The notes beneath the pieces were generated by a model, which did no database searches, had not been told where the DNA came from, and saw nothing but the letters and a program-made list of their open reading frames with translations. Of a stretch of 64,000 nucleotides of DNA, positions 52,764 through 64,000 are shown one piece after another. Source of the DNA: Callorhinchus milii. Taxonomy: Eukaryota. The position numbers were made by a program, and so were the translations under genes. Positions within the stretch are counted from its first letter, which is position 1. Each line of letters opens with the position of its first letter. The stretch lies in the NCBI RefSeq assembly GCF_018977255.1, contig NW_024704742.1:22942001-23006000 (forward strand), given 5' to 3'.

Positions 52764-53614
52764 GTAAGTGTTCCTCAGTGCAAGCTGAACAGTAAGTAAC
52801 TTGTTCCTGAAAATAAATATTGAGGAATAATTTATTCCTCAATAGTACTTTCATCTGGCAAGTCATGAATCAATATAAGGCATTTTATTGGCCTCAGGAC
52901 ATTCTTATGGACCATCTGTCTCCAAGTCCTGGTTAATTATCCAAAGCTACATCAGAATCTTAGTGTTCAATACGAGAAGTTGTCTGGATGAACGACAGTT
53001 TCATTTTGCTTTCCCTCATTGCTTTGGTTACCAACTGAGCTACAACTTGGATATTTGTTTCTTTCAGCACAGGGTGACCATACACTGGAAGAGAGAATAA
53101 AAATAAAAACAATGCACATTAGTAATTCCACAACAGCAACAAAATTATAGTTAGTGCCTTTCACGTCGGGAGGACATCCCAAGGCGCTGGACAGTCAAGG
53201 ATCAGCACTCTAGCTGGGGGTTGGGATCAAGAGCACTGGAGGGTGGGGCGGTGAGGGGTAGGAAGGTGACCAAAGGAATGGTCAAAGTGGAGGGCCTTCA
53301 GATGGGCCTTGAACGAGGCAAGGGACCGGGCGAGGTGCAGGGACTGTGGGATGGAGCTTTAAAGGGAATTTATATATCTTTTCTGACCTGGTCACCATGA
53401 ACTCCCGTAGAGTGAATAACTCTCTGAGGACTCAATGTAGTTGGACAGATAATAAAATTGTAGAATGCTAGTACGAAAAGGAAACATTCGGCCAATTAAA
53501 TCTGTGCAACTGTTTTCGTCCACATGAGACATTTTAGTCTTGCACCACTCTCCTGCTCACTCCCTATTACCTTTAATAGAATTGTTGTTCATCCCCAGAA
53601 CGTCATCCTAACAC

Positions 53615-53845
53615 CAACAACAACAACAACAACAAGATTCCATTTATAGAGCGCCTTTCACGTCAGGAGGACGTCCCAAGGCGCTGCACAGTTGGGTCAT
53701 GACCCGAGCAGGGGGGAAATGGTCAGGGTGAGGGGAGGGAAGGGAGGGAGAGAGGAGGGGGGAAATGGTCAGGGTGAGGGGAGGGAAGGGAGGGAGCGAG
53801 GAGGAGGAAGAGAGTCGAGAGGGGAGCTGAAGGCACGGTCAAAGA
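53615..53845 (-). mobile_element. Young L2 3' end with an internal tandem duplication
   Basis: Same sequence as 41854-42025 with the purine-rich segment duplicated. Confidence 0.85.
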
Positions 53846-54309
53846 GAACCAGCACTGATTGATGGGATGAAAAGCTATGGGTGCTTTCTGTCAGGACATG
53901 AAGTGAAGTGAAAGGTCCCCAGTGGATATGGATCCACACAACAAAAGTGGCACAAATTTGTTAGTCTCATCTCATCTAGAACAATGGCTTTTTGGTGAGT
54001 GAAAATGTCAGTGGCAGATGCTCGAATGGGGCAAAGCGTAGGGTCAAGGGAATGTTGTCACATGCTAGTCTTAGAAAAACCCTCTTTTGGAAGCTGATGA
54101 GATTGCCATAAAATGGGGACAATTTAATCAGTATATTTTGTATCCTGTTTGAAATAAATTGTGATTTCTTGCATTCATTAGATCTATAAGGCAATGGAGT
54201 ATACAGAAAACTCTAAAAACTAAAACTGATTTGGGGCACTAGCCATTGTGGTGGGTTTGAACACAGCCCTTTCATTCATGGGACCTAATTGCACTTACAT
54301 TGCACCTTT

Positions 54310-54790
54310 CAATAACAACAATAAATTGTATTTATATAGCACCTTTCACGTCAGGAGGATGTCCCAAGGTGCTTGACAGTTGAAGGTTAGCACCTGAGCT
54401 GAGGAATGTACTTGGATGGGGAGGGGGTGCGTGGGGGGAGGGATGGTGGGGGAAATGTGATTGATGGTGCGGTTAAAGAGCTAGGTCTTGAGATGGGCCT
54501 TGAAGGAGGCGAGGGAAGGGGTGAGCCAAGGGTCTCAGGGATGGAGTTCCAGGGGGTAGGGGCAGAAAGCTCAACCGGCGATGGCACGTTGTGGAGGATG
54601 GGGGGACAATAAGCAGAGGGAGCGGATAGGTTAGCAGAGGTTTAGAAAGTTGCAGAGGAAGGGTAGGGCAAGACCATGGAGGGATTTAAAAGTGAGAACG
54701 AGGATTTGAACTCAAACCTCTGGGGGAATGGGGAGCCAGTGGAGCTGGGCAAGGATGGGGATAATAGGCTCATGGAGGATAACATAGGAT
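54310..54790 (-). mobile_element. L2 3' fragment
   Basis: L2 tail plus APTPWNSIP and LHWLP-region homology. Confidence 0.85.
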
Positions 54791-55793
54791 TAATACCTTT
54801 AAGTGCTTCAGTAGGATAATGGGGATCACTGAGAAGGGTGGAAAGGAAAGGGTATTTGAAGATGCTGACCAAAGACAAAGTCAACAAAATACTCTTTAGA
54901 AGTTTTTGCCTACAAAACACAGTCACTACACTTTACAGTATGTCCTATGAAGCTCTTTGAGACATCCTCCTGATGTACAAGATGCTATACCAAATGTAAG
55001 AATGATTATTATTGTTATTAAAAAGCTTTTTGAAGGCTGGGAGAGAAGGTGCAAGACAAATGAATTTTGAGAGATAGTGCCAGTGAGTGGAAGATAGTGG
55101 CCGATTGTTCAGCTACTGATAGAGGAATGGAGAGAGAGCGAGGAAATAGCAGGAAGTCAGTCCAGAGAGCAAGAGAATAAGGCCGGAAAAGATTGTTAAG
55201 GAAGATATTGTTCAGGAAGAGATTGTTTAAGGAAGAAAGGAAGGGGCAAGATCATAAGGTTAGTTTTGGATAAGATTACTCAGGCTCATCTGATCTCATC
55301 CTTCCAGAACACCCACCCACTGTCTGAGGAGATCTTGGGTCAGTGCTCAGGATACACAGTTTACATCCTGAATTGTTTTCCTAAAGAGGACCTTTTCAAC
55401 CCTGTTTTCATTTGGTACAAATAGAACCTAAAATGCACAGTTTCTGTACTGATCAGATTTGCCAAAGAAGGAGTGAATGTTTGAAAACAGGAAAATAGTA
55501 CCAAGTACAGAAACGTCAGCTTTATGGCCTCACCATTGTATATAATAAATCTATATTTTATATTAAAAAAAGTAATAAAGTATATAGACTGAAATAAATG
55601 CATGTTGTTGTTTGATCCAGGTTCTTGTTTGATGGCATAAAATTATTCAAAAAATGGGTCTAGGCTGACAAAGAAATTTAATCTTCTCATCATTATATTA
55701 TACTATTGCTAAGAGGTTAAGCACTTTGTAGAGAACGATATTTTACTGACTTGAAGTGAATTGAAGAGGCATTTAAGTGAAATCTTTCATCAG

Positions 55794-56018
55794 ATCTCAA
55801 GTGACAAATGCAGGCAGACAGTCTTGAAGTTTAGTAATTATTTTTCAGTGAGGATAGCTCTGGATTCATTTTTTAAAAGGGCGGTTCCGAATAATTTGGG
55901 CACAACTGCATTGAGAGGCAGACGCATGTTGAATTCAGTGCTCGATAAATTTTTAAGAATCTTCTCACAGGAAGAAACGCTAAAGGGATACTGCACAACC
56001 AATGACCTGGTGGCACAG
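55794..56018 (+). CDS. Candidate internal exon (...RIALDSFFKRAVPNNLGTTALRGRRMLNSVLDKFLRIFSQEETLKGYCTTNDLVAQ)
   Basis: Inside a 123-codon non-repeat ORF. Acceptors at 55793 (tctttcatcag) or 55847 (tatttttcag); donor CAG|gtagga; amphipathic helical-looking peptide. Confidence 0.4.
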
Positions 56019-58085
56019 GTAGGAAATGTACCAGACAAATATGCCTCCAAAGGTCTTTCCAGGGTTTATCTCCAAGACTTAATAAACATAAAAACTGCTA
56101 CAGCTTGTATTTATATAGCGACTTTCATATAAAGCAGCACCTCAAAGTTCTTAATAAAGACAGGGGAATAAGAGATCTAAGGATGCAATGCTTGTTTTCA
56201 GAAGATATATGAAGGCTTGGAGAGAGACAATAAGGCAAAGGGGTTTTAGAAAAACGTTCCAGAGAGACAGGAGGGCATGAGTGACTGAAGACTTGGGCAC
56301 CAATGGTAGAATGAAGTGGGTGGGGAGTAAGTAACCAGAGTCTAAAGATCTGACATAAAAGCTCATGAAGTCAATGCCCTCTGCCTACGTAACTCTGTCT
56401 CAGAGAACCTACTGCCTACAGAGGAAAAAAATTAGTAGTATTTTATGTGACGTGCTCCCACCTTTGATGCTGTTGAATTAGGCATCTTGCCTCTACCACC
56501 AGTGGGTAGTTGATTTGCTCTCATTCCACCATCTACACTGCCACATATACAGAACAGGCTGTTGAGGACCCTGTCAAGAATCTATTTTGCCTTTGTCCTG
56601 CAGTGAAATGTCTTCACCTGCAAAGAGCATCTCCACATGCAGTGTATTTTAGATTGGCAACAAAACTAAGTGGAAGTGAGTCAAAGCGGTATGCTCTCAT
56701 TCTCCACAGTGTATTGATGCTACAATAAACAATAATCTCTGTATTATCAAACGTGGCTTCCACACTACTCTCCAGCAGCAATGTAAGTGCCGTAGAGGAA
56801 CAGAGTCACTTCTGGGTGGTAAAATGCATATTTTTACACAAAGTTTTACTACTGCTTCATTCATTTCAGTCGCAGAGGAAAAAAAAAATGTCTTACATAA
56901 ATATTTCTGCCCTTCCACTCCGTCAATGACGGGTCTGACCCACGTTGACCGTTGAGGGGCCCATTCACCCAGACTGGCTCCTTGAGGTGGATAAATGGTG
57001 AATGCCATCTCCACTATTTGTCTCATTTTAATTACGTTAGGTATTTTGCTTTTGGTACCTAACAAATAAAAAGGAGATATTAAACAAAATGACTTTTTAA
57101 CAACCATATCCGGTCTTAAGGCATTTAGATTCAATCATGCTTCCAACAAACTTGTCTCATTCACTTTAAACCATGCTTGTTTTCTAACTTCCCATTAAAG
57201 AAGGGTTGATAAGCTGGCCACTTTTATGTTTGCGGAGAGCTGACAAACCCAGGCCCTGAGTGTCTATACGACATAGAACCATAGAATTATACAGCACAGA
57301 AGGAGGCCCTTCGGCCCATCGTGTCTGTGCTGGCTCTTCGAAAAGAGCTATCCAATTCAATCCCACTCCCCCGCTCTCTCCCTATAGCCCTGCAAACTTG
57401 TCTTCCCAAATAATTGTCTACATGTGTGTCTCTGGGTTGTTAACAGTACATTTGTCATGAACATCTCCACATTACAATCCCTTTTCTCTAAATGAATAAC
57501 ACCTTCTCATGGATATTACAAATGACCTACTTTGATATGTATGACAATTTCCTGTGAAAAAGGAAAAAGGTGAGTCGCCCACAAAATATACAGTCAATTC
57601 ATTCTACAGTATATTCTGTGAAGAGCTTTGAGATGGCTCAACGACACAATAAAGCGTTAAATCAAATGCAAGGATTATTATCAAAAAAAAGATTATCTGT
57701 CAATAGGGACTGTAAAGCTAACAGGACCAATCTCTCACACTATTTGCAGTGTCTACGACCCCTGCCCCTGTGTAAATTATAACCTCACCTACATTTTTAC
57801 AGTCCGATACTCCATTTTATTGCTGTATAAACCTGCTGCAAAGAGCAGTCTATGCACTGTGTCAGCAGGCGGCCAGTCATTACTTCTATAAAAACTGCTG
57901 TAACGTGGGAGTTACGGGGGATATTACAGTAACTTTCCTTATTTTGAAAAGAGAATGAAACAGAGAACTGGAAAGAAGAAAATAATTGACCAGGAGGAAT
58001 TTTTTTCTTCATTAACACCATTTTAACCCTTCACTTACTTTTGTGAAAATACATGATCGAGACTAGAGTGGAACCGTTGGTTTAG

Positions 58086-60858
58086 TACCGCCTGCCTCAA
58101 GTCTCGGCGTGCGCATCTTGGCTGCCGTCCCCGATCCGAGCTGCTTTTCCCCCAAAGTGCTCTCTACCCTGCAACTCTCCTGCTCTGTCCTCCTCTCTCT
58201 CCGTCCTTCTCGCCTCCTATCCTCACTTGACCGTCCCACAGCCTCCCCCCTGCTTCAGCCTGGGAATCCTCCACAGGGCTCACCGTGGCACTCGGCATTG
58301 GCTATCCAGCAGCAGCCTTACTGCCCCCATTCCCCACTATCACTGCAAGCCCCACCGGACCCAGACCCCGGGGACTAACATCCCCTCCCTCATCCACATT
58401 CCCATCCTTCCTGCCAATCCTGCCACCACCCCCTCCCATCTCACACATTCCTCTGCCAACTGTCCCCTCCGCATCGCATTTTGCCAACTGTCAACTGTCC
58501 CCTCCGCATTTTACGAAATGTCAAATCCCTTTCTACCAAGGCTTCGCCATCAACGACATAATTGTTGATGAAAACATTGATATCCTGGCCCTTACTGAAA
58601 CCTGGATCACCCCAGGCGACACCTTCCCCCTGATTGAGGCCACACCAACTGGCTATACCTTCCACCAGAGCCCACGTCCTAACCGCCGTGGCGGTGTTGT
58701 GGCTCTATCCTCCTACTCCTCCTGCTCATTCCCCCCCTTCGAGCACCTTACCCTCTACCATCCCTCCAATCTTTCCCTCAGAATTCTCCTGATTTATCAT
58801 CTCCCCATACATCTCTAACATCTCCGTCCTCCTAGCTTCCCACTGCCTCTGTTCTGAATGCCTCCTTATCCTAGGTGACTTCAACCTGCACTTCAACCCC
58901 TCTCACTGACTTCTCCTCTCTCCTTTCTACTCACAACCTCTCCCTCCACATCCACTTTGCCACTCACGTTCATGGCCACCCACTCGACCTGATGATTACC
59001 CAGGGCCTCAATGTCTTGGACCTCACAATTATTGATAAAGCTATCTCAGGTAACCATTTCATCTCCCTTAATTCCTCAAGCCCTCTCCCCACCGCCACCC
59101 AACCTACCTCCAGCTCCTACTGCCCCTGGAAAAGAATCTCCCCCCACTCCCTCTCCGCTGCCCATCCCTCCCTCCACACCTTCGAATCTGTCTCCCTTGC
59201 CTCTCGCACCACTACTATAACCCACGTGAAGCCTACCACCTGCTTCCTTGACCCCATCCCTACCGCTCTCCTTACTTCCCAGCTCCACCTCCTTGCCCCT
59301 TTACTCTCAGACTTCATCAACCTCTCCCTGTCAACTGGCACCATTCACACCCTCCTAAAAACAGCTGTCATCACTTCTATCCTAAAAAAAATCTTCCCTG
59401 GACCCATCCCTGCTCACTAACTACTGCCCCATCTCCAACCTCCCTTTACCTTTCCAAGGTCCTTGAAAGTGTTGTTGCTTGCGAGCTTCACTCCTTCCTC
59501 TCCTGGCACTCCCTTTACAAACCCCTCCAATCGGGTTTTGGAAACAGCCCTAGTCAAGGTGACAAATGATATCTGTGATCAGGGCTCCCTCTGTCGCCTT
59601 GATTTCTCTGCTGCCTTTGACACTGTGGACCACTCTATCCTCCTCTACCCCCTCTCTTTTCGCTTTAACCTTCAAGGTTCTGTCCTTGAATGGTTCAGAT
59701 TCTATCTCTCACACTGGCTCCACTTTGTCTCCGTAAATGGCTTCTCCTCCAGCCCCTGCACCATCTTGTGCGGTGTTCTTCAGGGTTCTGAACTCAGTCC
59801 TCTCCTCTTCAACCTGTACATGCTCCCTCTTGGTGACATCATCCACAGACATGGGGTCAGCTTCCACATGTATGCAGATAACACCCAACTCTAACTTACT
59901 GCCTACACCTTTGACCCCAGGACCACCAACGTCCTGACAGATTGCCTGTCAGACATAAAGTCCTGGATGAGAGCCAACTTTCTACAGTTGAACGTCAGCA
60001 AGACCAAGGCTCTCCAGATTGGCTCACGCCAATGTCTCCACACCTCAGGCACTGGCAGCATCACTGTCCCCAGATGCACACTCCACCTCACTAAGCCAGT
60101 CTGGAACCTAGGCAACTTGTTCGACCTTCAACAATCCTTTCTCCCCCACATCTGTGCCATGACCTGCTCTGCCTTCCCCCACCTCCACAAAATTGTCACT
60201 GCCTCACCCCTCAGGCCACCAAAACCCTCTTACATGCCTTCATTACAACCAGGCTCAACTATGCCAACACGCTGCTTGCTGGCCTTCCCAACTCTTCCCT
60301 CCACAAACTGCAGATCATCCAGAATCTGAAACTCGTGTCCTCTCCCGCACGAAGCTCCATGATCCCATCACACCCACCCTTGCCCAGCTCCACTTGCTCT
60401 CCAACCCTCAGAGAATCGAGTTCAAAATTCTCATCCTCACCTTCAAGGCCCTCCATGGCCTTGGCCATTCCTACCTCTCCGACCTGCTAACTACTTACCA
60501 AACTGTCCGCCCCCTCCGCTCAGCAGGCTCCGGCCTGCTCCATGTCCTCCACTTGGCATGCCCCAACATCATGGCCACCCACTTGACCTGGTGATTACCC
60601 AGGGCCTTCGGCCTCTCTACTCCCACCCTCTGGAACTTCATCCCACATTCCCTTCGCCTCGCTCTCTCCCTTGCCTTCTTCAAGGCATGCCTTCAGACCC
60701 TCTTCTTTGACCATGCCTTTGGCCACCTTCCTACCCTCTCTGCCCTCCCTGATCCCAAACCCCGTCCATTCGGGTCCTAATCCCTGATTGTCCAGTGCCT
60801 TGGAACGTTCCCCCGACATGAAAGGGACTTTACAAATGTAATTTTGTATTGTATTGTA
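58086..60858 (+). mobile_element. L2 LINE, near full length, degraded
   Basis: [50 protein letters not shown] and the C-terminal motif, ending in a (TTGTA)n tail. The 5' region is homologous to 12430-12660. Confidence 0.94.
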
Positions 60859-61084
60859 ATTTGGATCTAATCGGAATTGGTTTGAAAAATCTTTCCTTCA
60901 AATAAAAATAATAATCTTTACATTTGATATCGCGCTTTTCACATCACGAGAACATCGCAAAGTTTCACAGGTTTTGCTTTAAAGTGTAGTGACTGTAATC
61001 TGTAGGCAAATGCATCTCCCTCTTTTCTTTTAAAAAAAACTATCTCTTCAATTATGTCTTTGGTCAACTTCCCCTCCATCTCAC

Positions 61085-61560
61085 CAAGCCCTCTTCCCAT
61101 CTTGCTCACTGTCCCGTAGTGTCTTGCAGTACCCTGCGGGAAACCAGCAAGGAGGGCATTTGAATAGTTCAGCCGAGAGGTGACAAAGGCATGGACCAGG
61201 GTGGAGGAGGTGAGAACCATGGGAGTTAAGATGTTGACGAGAGCCAAAGAGTATGGCTTCCATCTTGTCAACACTTAGCTGACGGAAATTCACGCTCATG
61301 CAGCTCCTGTTGTCTGACAGGCAGCTGACAGAACATCAGGGGACTGGGGGTCGCAAAGTGAGGAGGAAAAATAGAGTTGGGTGTCGTCCGCATACATATA
61401 GAAGTGTACCCCATGTCTGCGGATGACATCCCCAAGAGGGAGCATATAGATTAGGAAGAGGAGGGGGCCAAGGATGGATCCTTGGGGTAGCCCACAGGTA
61501 ACCGGGTGAGAGCGGGAGAAGAAGCCGTTTGTGCAGATGTACTGCTGGTGGTTCATGAGA
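61085..61560 (-). mobile_element. L2 LINE RT fragment
   Basis: CGLPQGSILGPLLFLIYMLPLGDVIRRHGVHFYMYADDTQLY and LVHAFVTSRLNYSNALL. Confidence 0.92.
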
Positions 61561-64000
61561 CGTTCTGCTATGTGAAGGACGTGCTCCAAGTGTAACATAT
61601 TGTTCAGCATGCTTTATTATTGGAGATACTGGGGTAGGTAATATGCTGTTCATTAGCATGAGCAAAGATTATTTACAGGGGAGCCACGCTGAGCCATGTG
61701 AACATGAAGGTGTGGCTGCAGCCTTGGGATTAGGAAGAGGGTATTGGAGGGAACCATAAGTAGCCTCAGAAATCCTATCTAGAAAGAAGGGGAAACAAAT
61801 CAGCCAGGGTTAGGTTTCTGATTGCTTTCCAATGACTCAACTGACTTTGAATGGATTAAGCAGGCTGGCAAACTCACACTGCTCAAGAGTTACATAAGAG
61901 GATATGTGCTCTCCAACTTCAATCAGAGGAAGAGGTGCATTGACGAACAGATGGGTAAGGCATAACAAGCTGCAGCTCAGCTTATTGTAGAGTCTGATGT
62001 GAGCGTCTGCCTTTAACTATTCATTATGACTGGCTACGGGATGTTCTCATGTGAAGGGGCAGCCTGGTTGATGCCTACACTGGATTCTCATTTTTACTGC
62101 CTTAGCAATGAGCTGACTGAAGTCTGGGAACTGTTAAAATTATACTCCAGATCATGATTAAAGAAAAACATTTGCAACTGTATGGCAATGCTGAAATAAG
62201 TCAAGCATATATAGCTTATTTTCTTTTAATAACTTGGTGCAGGCTTGGACAAACAAATCAGTGTTAAAGGTATAAATCTACAGGAAATCTGCGCTGATTG
62301 TCACACTGGCCATGACAGTCTTCACAGATCAGCAGATCTTTTAAGAGAAAAAGTACCCCTTAAGTGGCTTGTTGCAGAAGCCAGTGAGAGCAGATGATAA
62401 AAGATGAAAGAGTAGCTCAATGCTGCGTCAAACATTCCTGCCATAATAGCCATCACTACTTAAATGTAGAAGGAATGGCACAAGTAGAAGGTAGCTGTTA
62501 AGCCTGATCTATCTATGATTGGATGGATGCAATATCTTTCATCCACCATCTGCATTCACTTAAAAAATCCCATTTGGGAATGTTGCTGTCCCCAATAAGA
62601 TCTCTGTCATGTTGCAAGCCCAAACAAATGGGAATGTTACAACGAGGCACTCTTTCCAGACCATTAAAAACATTCATTTATGACTGAAATATTAGAAAAA
62701 AGGATGAAATGCAAAGCAATTTCCCCAGAAGCATTTATTCAGTTGTACGCTCCATTTAACTGTCTGACAGTTCACTGCAAATCCACCTACAGGGTAAGTA
62801 CCATTCTGGAAGATACAATGTACGCTGAACTCACATGTAGATGGTAGAAATAATTTAGTGAACACTTCACTTCCACCACAATAGACAGCTAACCAGCTAC
62901 TCTGCACATAATAAAGCTGTACTTTTTAAAAGTATTAACAGTGTGCATCATTGTCTCTGTTGATCATCCTTCCTTGGCCAGGAACCTCCCATCTTTGAGG
63001 GAGGGCTGGACGGGCTGCTCCTAAACTCCCACCGACCGTCCTCACGGACAGCTGCCTGAGGGCAAGTCAGAGAGAGTCAGTAGCAGATCCCCTCACCTCC
63101 CACTGCAGGCTATTTCCACGTGTTGGTGAGGCTAAAACAAGGAAGCATAGTTACACGATAGACATTAGCAGTGCTAAAAAGGAGTTTGGGAAAAACTTTT
63201 TTTTGCAGAGGGTTATGAGAACATTACCAGAAGCTGTGATTGATGCAAAAGGCAGCAATGTATTTAAGAGGAAACTTGGAAGCATACATGAGGGAGAAGG
63301 GAGGGGTGGAAGCTCATATGCAGTATTAACACTGGCAGTTGAGCCAAGTGGCCTATTTCAATTCTATAGTCATTTTAATATATATTACAATGTATATTAT
63401 TTCACAGGATCAAATCTCCGTCCACTGTTTGAAACTGGTACCTTATTAGTTTCTCACTTGCTATATCCGTGAATCTGAATTCTCAAATAGTCATTCTGAA
63501 GTGAAGAGTCACTGGATCCTTGAAGCCTTACATGACACTTATCAGCCCAGTGTAATGCCAGCCGGTATCAAAATAATACAGCAATATACTACTGTAAGCA
63601 CCTTTTACAAAAGCATTAATCTTTAAACAAATCAGGTAAATACTTATGGTATAGAGAGTCCACTCACAGCATGGAAATAGGTCATTTGGCCCAACTAGTC
63701 CGTGCCAGTGTTTATACACTGCATGAGCCTCCAGCTATCCCGATTTCCCCTTCCATATCGCTCTATTGCCTTCTCCATCATGGCTTAAATACGTTGATAT
63801 CTTCTACTTCAACCATAGCTTCTAGCAGTGAGTTCCACTTATGTGCAGGATCATGTGTAATATTATAGTACCTGTAATAAGATTTGCAACAGTGCCCGCA
63901 GTTGATTGGAAAAGTCAAGTGGGATAACAGCTGAAGGCTTCACAGGCAGCTGCACTCTAGTCACAGAGCATCTACACTTCTCAGCAGCAGCCCACTGTGT

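Noticed and set aside
40806..56018. Naming the candidate gene (ZPBP-like, TOP6BL-like or IQCH-like resemblances)
   Set aside because: Only a few scattered residues match from memory; not supportable without a profile search.
56697..57134. 145-aa minus-strand ORF
   Set aside because: Non-ATG start, no recognisable domain or splice context; a few ORFs of this length are plausible by chance in 64 kb.
62700..62793. Exon ending AGG|gtaagt with a carnitine-acyltransferase-like SPEAFIQL
   Set aside because: Acceptor and frame are ambiguous; the motif similarity does not extend.
63490..63530. Hammerhead ribozyme-like TCTGAAG..GAAGAGTCACTGGATCC
   Set aside because: The CUGANGA and GAAA core is broken; at most a degenerate repeat remnant.

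Overview
Repeat-rich, gene-poor vertebrate genomic DNA, not prokaryotic. The repeat inventory points to a cartilaginous fish, possibly a holocephalan (inference): Deu-domain SINEs, tRNA-Ala/CORE-like SINEs with L2 tails, CR1 LINEs with (ATTCTATG)n or HER1/HE1-type 3' ends, and single-ORF-like L2 LINEs. Much of the window is decayed retroelements: two long L2 copies (~12.4-14.4 kb, ~58.1-60.9 kb), a CR1 RT 3' part (26.5-27.4 kb), a CR1 ORF1/endonuclease 5' part (34.2-36.5 kb) and dozens of SINE and LINE-tail fragments. There are also TIR-bounded MITEs and probable hAT and Penelope fossils. One CpG-island promoter at ~11.8-12.2 kb (YY1, CRE, E2F, CHR motifs) carries a likely minus-strand first coding exon and a probable plus-strand first exon, whose splice donors form a single palindrome. 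A chain of phase-compatible plus-strand candidate exons (40.8-56.0 kb) would encode a protein I cannot identify. Most short ORFs in the supplied track are chance or repeat-derived. I found no intact mobile element ORF, CRISPR array, rRNA or genuine tRNA gene. I cannot demonstrate a new biological system from sequence alone; the best leads are listed as findings.
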